A stretch of DNA of 64,000 nt from the human T2T-CHM13v2.0 reference genome, Homo sapiens, in NCBI RefSeq assembly GCF_009914755.1, contig NC_060946.1; one strand, written 5' to 3'. The translations under genes and the position numbers were made by a program. Shown here piece by piece: positions 46,543 to 62,540 of this stretch. Below the pieces are notes generated by a model. That model was not told where the DNA came from and searched no databases. It worked only from the letters and a program-made list of their open reading frames with translations. Position 1 is the stretch's first letter; every line of letters begins with the position of its first letter.

Positions 46543-47831
46543 TAGATTAAAATGTTCCGGACAGCATTAGGCAGCTGCCATGCACAGTGTTTACTGAGAA
46601 CCTGGGTTACTGGTTTGGTTTGGTGTGTTATTAGCTTTTTTTTAAAACTGATATTTTTAAAACTTGGGAATGGTTTCCTTTTATTGGAATAGTGTGAAAA
46701 GTATTCTTAAGATAATGTCACTTTCTCTCACTTGTATTTTGTTTCTGTTTTCCTGCCTGTGAGAGGATATGGCTGGTATTACAGCTAAAACCAGAATTTG
46801 TCCCTAGTTCTGAGTATTCCTATGGAGCGGGTCATGAAATTTTACCTCCCCCCGCCTCATCTCGAATCTGTTTTGGTGTAATAGGTGGAGAGTCAGTATT
46901 CCAGTCTGTAGCATCAGCAGTGCATGTTTCCTCTTATCTTGCTATAGTAATAGTTTTTCAAATAGAGATCTGTTGATAGTTAAAAAATATTTTTGGCATA
47001 TAGAGGCTCCTGTTTCTCAGAGGCCTGTGATTTATTGCTGGCAGGGACCTTAGCAATTATCAGTCCAGACCCTTGTTGTACATGCCTCCAGCATAATAGT
47101 GAGGACTCAGTTGGAACTGCTACCCAGGGCCACTGGCATTCTGGCCAGGGATCTATCTATACCCCATGTGGTTGCTGATGAACTGTTTATTTCCATGAGT
47201 TATTCTAGTTATACTAGTTATTCTAGCTTACATTTTATTTATTTGTTATTTTAGTGCAATGATTTTAAAATAAATTTTCATATATCTTTGGCTAAAATTT
47301 GAGTAATTTAGATTTTAGGGTGTTTTTAGTGATCACTTTTAAAGTTACAGTTTAGGAGATTTGTATTAGTTCTTGGCACATACATGTTGAGAGGCTACTG
47401 TGAACTAATACTTTTGTAAAAACACTATTTGAGAATTGTTTTCCCTTTTTCAGTTTGATACTGGAACCGTCACAAATATGACATCATTTTTGTTAGGACA
47501 ACATGTTAATCATTAAACAAACGTACATGCTTTCAGTCCAAAGTTAGGAGAAACGAAAATTTCCAAAGTTTCCTTGTAAATAATCAGGTTAAGTTCAATG
47601 ATACATCAATATAATTTCAGTCAGTGTTACAGCAACAGTTTAAGTGTATTAGATAAAATCTTACCATGGAGTGCTTTTTCATACTTTTTAACAGTTATTA
47701 CACAGGTTGTTTTAGTTTATCCATAGTGCCTCATACTTAGCTCCCCTTGGAAACTGTGTGTACCTCAATTCTGGAACGTACCTTAGAACAACTCTTAACT
47801 TTTCTAAATCTGCATCGTCAATTTTACGTAG

Positions 47832-48044
<213 letters not shown>

Positions 48045-48083
48045 TGATAAGAACTTTTCATTCTTTTTTGTCCTACTCTTTTA

Positions 48084-48480
<397 letters not shown>

Positions 48481-49149
48481 TCACAGATTGATCCTGTGTC
48501 CATGGTAACTGCCTGGCAATATCAGCATGATTGATGGAGATATAACCAGAGCGAGAATGGATTATTTTTTGTCAGAGAATAATGGGGTTCATAATCAATA
48601 ATGGGACTCAAAAGTTATGAACCCATTATTAAATGAGTAGGGCAGTGCCCAGAGTTGTTCAGAACAAAGTTGGTCTAATAACATTGAGAACAGCAGTTTG
48701 CCTGATCTCTAGAATAAAAATAACATTGTAAAAATTGAGTTATAATTTGTAATTTAAAAATAGGAAGATCATAGTAGTAGTTCTTTTCCTTGGTCGACTT
48801 GAATGTTGCTTTTGAGTTGAAGACAGTAGATGGCAGTGTCCCTCACAGTAGGAACACTGAAGAGGAAGGAAACTGCTGTTAGAGGTTCGAGAGTTGAAGA
48901 GTAATGCTGCTTTCTTGTGTGACCACAAATCGTGCTAGATGGCAGTTTTGCAAACTAGTCTTCACAACAAGAACTTAAGCACAAATTCCTTTGTTTCCAG
49001 GAAAAAAAAATACATTCCATTTCAGAGTAAAAACGTAGTCATGACTGTAGAGATTGTAAAGTTTAAATCAAATCCCTACAGACACTTTTAGTGCATTTTA
49101 TTCTGTCTGAGTATTTCCACTGGCTGCCACTTTCCCTTTTACTTAAATG

Positions 49150-49152
49150 GAT

Positions 49153-49191
<39 letters not shown>

Positions 49192-49192
49192 T
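49150..49192. repeat. (TTTA)~10 microsatellite
   Basis: Direct reading. Confidence 0.9.
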
Positions 49193-49536
49193 AAGAGGTG
49201 ACAGTAATAAAAATGTAGTGCCGGGGGCAGAAAAACACCTTTTAAAGAACAGTGATTATGTGAATTCTGTGGCCATGAATGAAAAAAGGTCAATAAAGAG
49301 AAAAAGAGCAAAGGAATGAATGCAACTTGAGAATTTATGATCAGTCTAAGATGACCAGGTAGCTTAAAATGTCACCTGAGAATCAAAATGCCAAATGTTA
49401 AAAGTGAGCTGTCCTGAGATTTGCTGTCATTTGTCATGTGTGTATTATGTTTAACAGTAAGTAGATGTGTCATGTCCTTTGTGACAAGAAAAAGAAAACA
49501 ATTTTCAGCAAATTTCAAGAGAAATTACACTCCTAA

Positions 49537-49843
<307 letters not shown>

Positions 49844-50608
49844 CCTGTTTTGATTATGAAATATTTCTTGCATATAAATTGATACAATGTAAATGAAAGG
49901 TGTAACTCCCAGTGTTTTCAACATTAGAAATTTTTCAGCTTCTGTCCTTACTCCTCGTCTTATGTCCAAAACCCTGAATTTGTCTATGTGTGAGGTCGCA
50001 AGGAACCAAGTTCCCTTGCTGATTCCAGAGCCATCCTTGCCTCCAGAGATAAGGATCAGGGCATTAGACTCGTCTACTCAGCTTGGTGTCTGCTTTACCC
50101 AAACCAGATTAGATGGCCTGTTTGACTCTTCGTTTGCAGGTTGAGTCTGAAGTACCTTATGTGTGAGACAGGCTTTAAAGTTTAATCTTTTGCTTATGAA
50201 GTCATCTACCCTTGTTGTCTCAACACAAGACTAGCCTTTCTGTCTCTAAGAGGATGAAGATTATATCTTTCCTTTCCTTTACATCTTAAGCACTTAGAAA
50301 AAAGCCTGGTACAAAGTTGGTACATATGACACATTTATCAAATTAAAGAGTAAATTTTGAACCTTTTTATTTCACAGGACCTGACTTTGTTACACAGTTT
50401 TGGGGCAGTGAATGAGAGCAAGTTAACTACTGCCTACCAGAATTGCCCCTGCCGCCAACGTTTTATCCCATTTATTTCTGATCCAGCTTTAGAAAATACA
50501 GCATTATTATTTATTTGTAATAATTATTATTCCACATATAATTGTTGTAAATATTCTAGGCTCTATGTTGTTAAAGTGAATTCATGCCATTTAAAAATAC
50601 CAGAACAC

Positions 50609-50937
<329 letters not shown>

Positions 50938-52456
50938 TCAAATGTAAAGCATAATGGCAAAAAAATTTTAGAAGAGAAGGTTCTAGTGGAACAGGGGTAA
51001 AGAAGATGATGAGCCATCTAAGAAAGAAAGAACATCAGCATACTCATACTTTAGGGTCCTAATTAAAAGCCAATAAAGTGTTAGCTAGAGGAAGAATTTT
51101 TTGATTACATGTGTCATTGCAAGCAGGTGTTCACTATGCCTGAATTCCTGCTACTAAGTATAAGGAATGGGAGAGAATGTTATTTACCCAGAAACACTAA
51201 TGTCTATAGTTATGTTTTCCCTAATGATAAATCGTTAAGTTCTGTCAATAGGATACTTATTAAAAAAAAAACAAAAACCTAGGTAACGATTTCAGCATTA
51301 CTTTTTATTACTGCTACCATTAGCTGGCACATTTATAAATTTATTCCATTTTAAAGATACCATATTCCAACTACTGAGTCTGTGAGGTCATCACATGGCT
51401 TCTTCTGCCTTTGAAGTGTTTTTAGTCTAGTGGTCGAGACAGATGTGTCGAGATGTGGTAATATTGGCGGCAACATGGTACAAGGCTGTGTAAGACACAC
51501 TTGGAACACACACAACAGCCAGGGATCTACTGGGGTGGGGCTGTAGGTAAATCAGGGTAAAGGATTTGCCACCAGTTGTGTAAGTACCCTTTCTTGCCCT
51601 TAACCAAAAAGTGATTGGTTCCTGAGCTGTCAAAGTAACACAGCCGTAAGCGGTTTACTTAGTGGCAGCTATCAGCATAGCACCCTCCTAAGTCATTTAT
51701 CTCTTATGCATGGATTTTAGAGTAGAACCTCCAAAGAGAAGGTGACTTCCCTTTACGTTTCTGGTTCCAGGGAGACTAGCCTGTGCTACACTTTCATCCT
51801 TGTATCCTCACTCTATCTAGAATGGTACTTTGCATCTTATTGGTGGTGCTCATTGAATGTTTTTAGAGTGAATGAAATTGTTCTAAGAAAATTCACATTA
51901 TCGGATAAATAATTTGAGGAATTATTGATTTACTTTATAAATATATTCTTTATTTTTTAAAAAGATTTTTATAGAATTAATTGAAACAGCAGCTACCCTG
52001 AGTATTATATTTTTTACTAATTTTGATTTTACTAATTCACTTCTTTTCTGGAATTTATTCCAGTGTGTAAGGAAAGCTATGCTTATATAAATACTGCAGA
52101 TTAATAATACTTGTGATTAAAAGTTCATATTGTAGTCACAGTCAATATTGTTTTGATTGGTTATGTACCAACAAAGTGAATTTCTAACGGTTTTACTTTT
52201 TGTTTCAAAATTAAGATACTGTGGAAGGAAGTGATTTAGAAATTGTGATTTTTAACTTGATATTTTCCAAAGAAAGTAATATTTGTTATTACTTGAATTT
52301 AACATTTTTTCTGTTAAAGTTTTGTATTAAAATTTTTTATAGTCTTTGGACAGGATAACTTTTTTCGAATGTCATATTTAAGTATCCCTTTTCTTTGTAT
52401 TATTACTCTGAAGATTGTTGTGAGAATAGATATTTAAACTTTGGTGATCTTTTCAG

Positions 52457-52530
52457 ATACAGTTAAAAAACTCCAGGACCAAAAGCACGACATGGAAAGA
52501 GAAATAAAGACACTCCACAGAAGACTTCGG
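52457..52530 (+). CDS. SPECC1L: Cytospin-A coding exon ([25 protein letters not shown])
   Basis: ttttcag| acceptor, CGG|gtagga donor, 74 nt, phase 1 to 0. Confidence 0.95.
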
Positions 52531-52726
52531 GTAGGATAAATCTTCATGTATTGTCTTGTTAGAAAACGGTTTTCTGAAATCTGAGGTGTAGTCATTGACC
52601 ATGTTATCATTCATCTTAAGTTTTGGATACAGTGATAATACTGGCCCCATTGGGCTTTGGGCAGAAAGCAAATGCTATCATTTCAAATTGGGATTGGTGC
52701 TAGATTTTGGGTAGAAGAATGTACTA

Positions 52727-52946
52727 TAGGTTGAGTACCCCTAACCAGACATTCTGAAATCTAAAATATTCCAAAATTTGCAACTCTTGGAGTGATGGCA
52801 TGATACTCAAAGGAAATGCTTATTGGAGCATTTTGGATTTCGGATTTTCAGATTTGGGATGCTTAGCTGTTAAGTATAGTGCAAATATTCCAAAATCCAA
52901 AGAATCTTAAATCTGAAATGCTTTTGGATAAGTGATACTCGACCTG
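52727..52946. mobile_element. Tigger4a/Zombi-like MITE
   Basis: TIRs aggttgagtaccc / gtgatactcgacctg with TA duplications; internal cattttggatttcggattttcagatttgggatgct. Confidence 0.8.
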
Positions 52947-53866
52947 TAGAAATTTATGGGTAGTAATTTTAGAAAGATAGATTTGGGGAAAAAGTGTAAG
53001 AAAGGTTATTAGCTTTTGGTTATAAGGTGCCCCAAACTAGTCTGTTTTCATACAAGTTTTCTTCATTTTGTGGCCATGATCCATCTTGCCAACAGCAATG
53101 CAGCCATGCTGCAGGGAGTAGGGAGAAAGCTACTCAGTCGTTTGGGTCATACCACAGTTGCTCAGGCTGCTTTCATGGTGTAAGAAAATTGCTTTAGGGG
53201 TGTAGGGGGCGTGGGGCTCAGGCATGCCCCAGCTATGGCTCTGATGGAGGTGAGTCCCAGGGAGACTTCCCCACCCGGCCACACCCGCATCCTCCATGAC
53301 TGTGGGAAGCAACAGACCACGTAGTTCCTTACCGCCTCTTTGTATAATTTTGCCTGCCTATATTGAGTTTAGTGTTTTTCTTCTGGCTTCCTCTTCCTCT
53401 TCCTTTTCTTTTGATTTTTTTTTTTCCTGTTAGATTTTGATGTCAGGCTATTTATAGTTTTTCACTGTATGGTTCACATACCATTTATATACCTTTTTGT
53501 GCTTTTCAGAGGTAAACATCCATAAATTCTGGATGATGTTTATTTTCATAAGACTTGCTTTGAAACTTGCATGAAGAAGGGAAGCTTGACATTATTATCA
53601 TTAATATCTGTTGAGCACTCTGAGTACTTGATGCCTCAGTAGGCAGATCAGCTGGAAAATCTTTTCCTTATTAAGAACAAGTTCACTAATAATAGTTGCA
53701 TTGCCTGTTAGAAATAGATACTAGCAATTCTCTGGGATTAAAAAAATTAATCATCATTTGGAAGCATTAGTGCATTATAGCAATCCAATCATAAACAAAT
53801 TTTATTGCTTTTAAATAAATCTTGATTGCTCTCTTTTGGAAATAAAAAGTTAGTTTTTTAATATAG

Positions 53867-54043
<177 letters not shown>

Positions 54044-54339
54044 TAAGTTCTGAGAAACCTGTTGTGTACTTATGTTTCAGTAGAGAACACTTAAATCCCA
54101 ATTTTTGATGTGGTGCTATGGAAAAAATGTGGAGTTTGATACTTACTGAGTTTGGATCTGATGGAAGTTACTCAGCTTTTCTGGGCCTCATTTTATGGCA
54201 CATGTAAACTAGTACCATCTATGTGGATCTTTCAGAGTTGTCAGTATCAGTGATCCCCAACTCTGGAGGGAGCCAGGATGGTCTCTCACATGATTCTCCT
54301 TTCCCCCAGACCCACAGTCCAGCCCTGTTAATTTTCTTT

Positions 54340-54570
54340 AGATTGTAGCCTCATGATTAATGATGTGGACTCTGGAGACAGATATTCTTGGCTCGTGTCC
54401 AGCTCTGCCTCTTACTAGCTGTAATCTTGGTCAGGAATCTTGACTTCCCTGAGCCTCAGTTTTCTCATCTTTAAAATGACACAATACTACCTGCCTTACA
54501 GTGTTGTCATAAGGATTAAATAAGATAATGCCTGCCAAGTGCTCAGGGCAATGATCAGTATACTTTAGCT
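54340..54570. mobile_element. MIR
   Basis: ctgagcctcagttttctcatctttaaaatg core. Confidence 0.7.
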
Positions 54571-55216
54571 GGTATTTTTGGAGACCCAAGTAAAGAATGC
54601 AAAGTGAGTTTCTCTCTATCACTTACTTGAGGAATTTTCACTTGTTTTATCTTATAATTGCATGAATCTCCACAGTAGGTTTTTTTTCCCCATGTAACAT
54701 AGACATCATTGGAAACTGATGAAAATTATTAGATGAAATGACAGTTGTGACATGTGAGCTCCACACTGAGACTCCATCTAAGAGTAGGGGATAGTATTTT
54801 TGTGTTTGAGGTTATTACTAAGAATTTGATTATTCCTTAGTTTGAGTAATTATTAAGTGGGCATAGGAAGAAATTTAGAAAACTAACAGTATATCTTTAA
54901 AAAATGGTCTTATCATTGCCTTGCTCTAGTAAATGGCTCAGAGAAAAGTATTGCTAAGCATTTTTCATTGGATTCCTTAAGCAGAACATGGAATGAGACA
55001 GATTATTGTTTCTCTACTAGTATAAAACATGTATTACATTACTTTTTTCTCTTTATTATTAAACGAATAACATATCAGAAATGCTTCATTCTATAGTTAT
55101 CCTGAGTGAATGAAATTCTACTGTTAAAGTTTCATTCCTTTGGATCTCAAAAATTCATAAGACTTTGAGACACATGTTTTTAAAATGCTTTCTGAAAGAG
55201 GTAGCATCTTGTAGGA

Positions 55217-56528
55217 CAGTGGTTCTCAGAGTGAGGCCTGCAGATTCCTGGGTGTCCCTAAGGCCCTTTAAGGACTCTGTGAGGTCATACTGTCTTCATA
55301 ATACCATCACATTGTTTGCCCTTTTCACTGTGTTGACTTCTAAACTGTTAGTGAAAAGCAAGTGTAAACTGTTGATGAACCAAGGTCTTGGCAATAAATT
55401 GCACTCATAGTCATTATACTCTTCACCACCACATACTTGATTTTTTTTTAATGTAGGTTTCACTTAAAGATGTCCTTGGTAAAACATTAAATTATTAATT
55501 TTACTAAATCCCAGTCCTTGAGTACACTCTTTAGCATTTTGTGTGACAAAATGGGAAGTACAGAAAAAGCACTTCTGCTTTATGTGCTATACTCAAGACT
55601 ATACTGAAGAGTGAGGTCACGTTGAGGAAAGTGCTGTGATTAGTTTGAGCTGCTTTCTTTTTTCATGGAATGCCATTTTTTTACTTGAGAATGACAGACA
55701 AACTGTGCATCATTCAGACTTTGGTATTATTTGGTGGGTATTTTGTGAAAACAGTTAAGACAGCCTATCACTTAAAGGAAAACAACTGACAGTATTCGTT
55801 GCCAGTGATAAAATGTGGGCTTTGAAGTGAATGTTAGGATTTTGGAAAATTTGTTATTTACCATTGGTGAGTTTGGCAGCTTCCCATAAAGTGTCTTCTG
55901 ATGAGATCATTGCGACTTAAAAAAAATGTATAATGACAGAATTTAGAAAATCTGTCTAATTCAGTGAACCAGTATTTTCCTTACAGCCAGTCTGTGATGT
56001 TAAACAAGATTGACCAGTGGATTTTAATGGGCAGAATAGGAAAAGTTCACTTATATGGTTTCAGATTCCACATTGGAGCTAACTTTTAAGTTACTACTTG
56101 TTGCATTTTAGTGCAGTTATCAAAGAAGAACAGCTACAGTTATCTAAAAGGCCTATTAAAATCTTCCCTTTTCCACCTGCCTTATCTATGTAAGACTTGC
56201 TTTTTTTATATCAAAATAGGTTGAATACAGAAGAAATGAGAGTTTAGCTGTTTACTCTTAAGCCAGACATTAAAGAGATGATTTAAAAATGCAAAGCCCT
56301 GTTACTCTTCTTACTAATTTTTTTTTTTGGTTTTGGAAAACTTAGTTATTTTTCATAAAAATATATTAGCCCTGTATTTATTTTTATTTTTAGATGATTA
56401 AATATTTGTATATATTCTTAGTTTTAATGTAATGGAAGACAGCTCTTATAAACAAAAGCTTTTTGGGGTCCTTACTCATTTTTAGGAGTAGAAAGGGGCT
56501 CTAAGACCAAAAAGTTTGATAGTCACTG
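55217..56528. mobile_element. Charlie1a-like hAT DNA transposon fossil
   Basis: Ends cagtggttctcaga... and ...aaaagtttgatagtcactg; ~1.3 kb; degenerate 8-bp TSD ttgtagga/ttatagat. Confidence 0.7.
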
Positions 56529-56557
56529 TTATAGATTCTTTATTAAAAGTTCTAATC

Positions 56558-56850
56558 AGCCGGGCGCAGTGGCTCATGCCTGTGGTCCCAGCACTTTGGG
56601 AGGCCTAGGTGAGCGGATCACCTGCGGTCAGGAGTTTGAGACCAGCCTGACCAACGTGGAGAAACCCAATGTCTACTAAAAATACAAAATTAGCCGGGGG
56701 TGGTGGCACATGCCTGTAATCCCAGCTACTCGGGAGACTGAGGCAGGAGAATCACTTGAACCTGGGAGGTGGAGGTTGCGGTGAGCCGAGATGCGCCACT
56801 GCACTCCAGCCTGGACAACAAGAGCGAAACTCCATCTCAAAAAAAAGAAA
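56558..56850 (+). mobile_element. Alu (AluSp-like)
   Basis: TSD aaagtt(c/g)taatca. Confidence 0.9.
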
Positions 56851-57615
56851 AGAAAGTTGTAATCATGACAGCTAAATGACCTTAAGAGCCTGTGGTACAT
56901 CTTGAGGCAAAATACTGTCAGAAGCCAAATGGCCACCAAAGACGGATTTTTCCTAAGGACTGGCTTAATTTTTATTCACATACTTGATAGTTATATGACA
57001 TATACAAACTCTGCAATTGTAATCTCATTCCAGATGAAATAATTCTGTGTTAGTCAGCGTAGTGAATTTAGAATGGGCCAGAAATGAAATGGAATTGATT
57101 TTTTCAAATGACTCAGGATGCATCACACTGAGCTTCTAGGGGACTCATGTTACTAATATGGGTCTAGGCTTTTTTTTTTTTTTCTTTGTAGAATTCTATT
57201 TGAAGTCTACACCACTTGCCTTGTTTTTATTTTTATTTTTTTAAAGAGTGTGGGCTAAGCATGATGTATTAGCTGGAGCCAGTATAAATTAATATTATAC
57301 CAGTATAAATTAATATTATATAGTTATCAGGTACTGGTGAACCTCCAGACTCCTGAGAAGGGCCTTCTCGGCAGCACAGGACCTGGAGAGTCTCAGCTCT
57401 GAGCCAGTCTACCTCCTTTTTTACTGCTAATTGATTACTGATGTCCTTACCTTACACTTACTCAGATGAAAATGGAATTTGATGGTTGCTTAACTTACTT
57501 AGGATAACCTGATATAAAAATTTCAGTATCATTTCCTGGTATTTACCAAGCAAATGAGAACATTAGACCAGGTAATTTACTAAGCTCAACTGATACAATT
57601 TTTTTAAACTGATAG

Positions 57616-57922
<307 letters not shown>

Positions 57923-57991
57923 ATTAAACTGATAGTTTTTAATGCCTTTCAGCTGGGAGGGGAAAATGTGTATGTTCTAGTACCTATGTAA

Positions 57992-58189
<198 letters not shown>

Positions 58190-60072
58190 TAATTTCTCCT
58201 ACATTGTGCCTACTGCATGCGGTTGTGTTCACTTACCTTATATTCTCTGGTCTGATTTGGTATTCTTTACTGTCTTACTCTTAGTCCCATTAACTTTCAT
58301 ATAGTATTAATGCACTAGACTTAACAGAAGGTGATATTTAATAGAAGGTTTGAGATCTCTTCAGCTTCAGAGGTGTTAGTCTTAGACAGAAGCCTGAATC
58401 CCATGCAGAGATGTGTCTTCTCACCCTCGGTGGATCACACACATTCCTGTTACTTTAAGTATGTTTTCTATGCCTGAGAACTTCCAGATGTATAACTTTA
58501 GCTCTTCCCTTCCTCTGAACACCTCAGTCATGTCTATCCAGATGCCTACCTGACATGGACCCTCAGGTGTCTCCTGGACATCTGAAGTCCAAAAACCAAA
58601 CTCTTGTCTGCCATCTTCAGCCTTCTCCCCATGCATCAATGGCAGCATCACTCTACCCAGTTACTTAAGCCAAAAGTCTGGGGATCTTCCTTAATTTCTT
58701 GTTCTTTCTTACCACTACATCTAGTCCATTACTAGCAAATTCTGTTGATACAGCCTACATCATGGATATCTTTGCTTTGTCTTCTCTCCATCTCTAGTGG
58801 CACAAGCTTTAGTTCAAGCCACCATCAACCACTAATTTCAGTAACCTCCAAATTAATCTCCCTGTTTCATCCCATGATAAAAAGATCTTTTCTTGTTTAA
58901 AATCCTTCGGTTGCTTATTATAGTTGAAATGAAATTCAGATTCCCAAATGCCTCCATGGTCTGACCCCTGCCTACTCTTTGCCTCAGTTGAACCACTCTT
59001 CCCCCACTCACTATAGTCCTACACAGCACTTCAGGTTCTGAATCAAGCTGGGCTTTCTTTCATACAAGCTCTAGAAGGCTTACTCTTCCCACTTTCAAAT
59101 GACTGACTTGTTTTCATCTAACTTCCTCAGCTCTGGGAAAGGAAAAGGGATGTGGTTTTTTCAAACAGTTAATTGTAATATGTCCAGAAGCTCAAATTTT
59201 TATCTAGAAATTCTTTAAACTTTATTAACAGGCTACTAGAATCTGTATTCTGTGATTATACACAAATGAGTTTTCATTGACTTTAAAAGCAGAGCAAAAG
59301 TCACATGTATACTCCTACACACTGTTGGTGTAGACATTCTGGAGGACTGTTAGGCAACACCTTCCAGTTTAAAATGCCGTATTCATAGACTCTGAAGTTG
59401 TTATACTTAGTACTGGCACAAGTATTATGCATAAAGATGGTATTATACATAGTACCATCTTTATATGTATTATGTATAATATAAGATAGTGTTATGTATA
59501 ATACTATCTTTACAGACTCTGAAGTTGTTATACTTAGTACTGGCACAAGTATTATGTATAAAGATAGTATTATGTATGAAAAACTCTTATGTGTATGTAT
59601 ACATATGTATACATATACAGAGTTTTCAGTATAGCATTGTTTGGAAAAATGGAACACCTAGAAATTGTTTAAATACCTACTAAAAGAATTAAGACAGTTA
59701 TGACCAATTAATACAGTAAAATAATATGCATATTTTAATAAGGATGACATAGATCTCAAAGTACTGATGTTAAAACATGTCTGTGATCCTTTATTCAAGT
59801 GTGCCACCTGAGCAGTCGCTCTGTGCGCTGCAATCCTTTATAGTAAATTGCAGGCCAGTACATATATATATATATGTATATATCTATATATACCTATATG
59901 TGTGTGTGTACATATATAGTGTGTGTGGTCTTGTTTTTTTAAGGTACTTAGATAACTAAATGTTTTTGCATTTAAAGTGCAAGAAAGATGTACCCAGAAC
60001 TGTTGTTAGTGGCCACCTCTGGGTAATATGATGGGGTAAGATGAAAGGAGAACTTTAAAATATATATGCTTT

Positions 60073-60200
60073 GAGCTGACAAGTGCCTGTAGTTCCAACT
60101 ACTTATGAGGCCGAGGTGGTAACATGCTATCACCACACCTGTTAATAGCCACTGTACTCTAGCCTGGACAACAGAGCAAGACTCTGTCTCTAAAGAATAA
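60073..60200 (+). mobile_element. FAM-like fossil Alu monomer
   Basis: cctgttaatagccactgtactctagcctgg; TSD aaaatatatatgctttga on both sides. Confidence 0.7.
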
Positions 60201-60349
60201 AATATATATATGCTTTGAAAATCAAATTGATAATGGAATGTCTACATTAAATTAAAATTATACACCTATTCAAAATGTTAATAAAGCATGCTTTAATGCA
60301 CAAAACTGCTTCATACTAATGTTTTTTAAAAGCCTCATGTTATTTTATA

Positions 60350-61200
60350 ATAAAATATATGTAAATGACCCAGCAATTCTACTCCTAATTATATATTCAA
60401 AAGAACTGAAAATAGATAATCAGACAAATACAGTCCCTGACTTAACGATGCTTTAACTTTTGATTTTTTGACTTTACAGTAGTGCCAGCGATACACATTC
60501 AGTACAGCATTCAGTAATTTAAATGAGTTATTCAACATAGCCATTTATTATAAAATAGGCTTCATGTTAGATGATTTTGCCTAACTGTAGGCTAATGTAA
60601 TGTTTTGATCTTGTTTAAGGTAGGCAAGGTTAAGCTGGGATGTTCGGGAGGTTAGGTGTATTAAATGCATTTTTGACTTGCTTATGATGGGTTTATCAGG
60701 ACATAACTCCATCATAAATCAAGAAGCATCTGTGCTTGTACATAAATGTTCGTAGCAGCTCTGCTCACAATAGCTAATAGATGGAAGTAACCCAAGTATC
60801 CATGCATTCGATGAATGGATAAACAAAATGTGGTATATTCATACAATGGAATATTATTCAGCCACAAGAAGGAATGAAGTAGTAACACATACTTTAACAT
60901 GGATGAATCTTTACAACATTATGTTAATTGAAGGAAGCCAGATACAACAGGTCACATATTGTAAGATTCCGTTTATATTAAATATTCACACTAGGTCAGT
61001 CCATAGAGACAGAAAGCAGATTGCCATACGCTGGCGGGACAGTGGATGGGAAGTGACTATTGGGATACTAGGTTTTCTTTTGGAATTATGAAATGTTTTG
61101 TAACTAGGTAGAGGTGATGGTTGCATAATATTTTGAATGCACTAAATGCCACAGAACTGCACATTTTTAAACGGTTAACTTTATGTTTTGTGAATTTTGT
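60350..61200 (+). mobile_element. Old L1M 3' fragment
   Basis: gacccagcaattctactcct...atggataaacaaaatgtggtatattcatacaatggaatatta. Confidence 0.75.
60431..60732 (-). mobile_element. MER47-like Tigger MITE nested in an old L1
   Basis: Same internal motifs; L1 3'UTR-type sequence continues on both sides. Confidence 0.7.
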
Positions 61201-61914
61201 CTCAGTACATAAGAATACATCTAAAGATATCAATTCTAAATATAAGTAAATATATTCGTGTTTATATTGGCTGCATTAAAAAAGTCCACAGTGGTCTGCT
61301 TCATCTTTCCACACTGTGTGTTTGTATCCCATTTTTAATTTAATTCAGCATCAAATGAATAATCATTTTTGCAGCCTTTACCAGAATCTGTGCTATGCTC
61401 AACTGTTTAGATATTAATAAATTCTAAAAACATAAACTACTTTTCAGCAGTTTATTATAGAGAGAGAGAGACTGATATGCCAACAAGTGATTCCACATCC
61501 CTGCATTAAATACAAATCAGAAAATATATGCGAAGTGATGGACTCTGCAGGAGGAATTGAGGAAAGACAAGCAGAAGCAGGAGTTCCTCATTCTTTTGTT
61601 TAATATGCAACTATTGAACATCCTTTACCTGCCAGGCTTCTTACCTGATATAGTTATGTAAATACTCCTCTTGGGTTTTACTACTTGAATTTCATTGCTT
61701 TATGGAGCACTTTAACTACATAACATAATTAAATAACAAAAACGAAATGACTGCCATAACAAGGGTTAGAAATAAGCATGACTACTCTACAGATGCAAAT
61801 AATTCACCTGATGGGAGGAAAAGCACCTGTGTGCTAAGACATGGCTACAAGTGTTCAGCAGAGGCTAGACATCAGCCAAGACAGTGTCCAGCGGGGTTTG
61901 AGAGCATTGGGTAA

Positions 61915-62181
<267 letters not shown>

Positions 62182-62289
62182 TAAATGACTACCTCAGCAG
62201 GGATGTATCTAGAATTTGTTTCCTAAAATACTATAAATATCTTTAATAGAGATAAATTATATAAGTGTAAATTGTGTTATTCTGATAGA

Positions 62290-62540
62290 CTCTAATAATG
62301 ATGGCTAACAACAGTTGAACACTTGCTATGTGTTCTACACTGTTCTGAATACTTTATAATGTTAACTCATTTAATCCTTACAACTCTTGGGTATTAGGTA
62401 CTGTTCTTATCTGTATTTTTCACATGTGGTTACTGAGGCCCAGAAAGGTTAAGTAACTTGCCGAGGTTCATGCAATTAAGTGGTAGAGTAGGGGTTCAGA
62501 GTTAGGCTGTCTGGATTCAGTGACTTTAGTCACTACACTA
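62290..62540. mobile_element. MIR
   Basis: actgaggcccagaaaggttaagtaacttgcc core. Confidence 0.7.
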
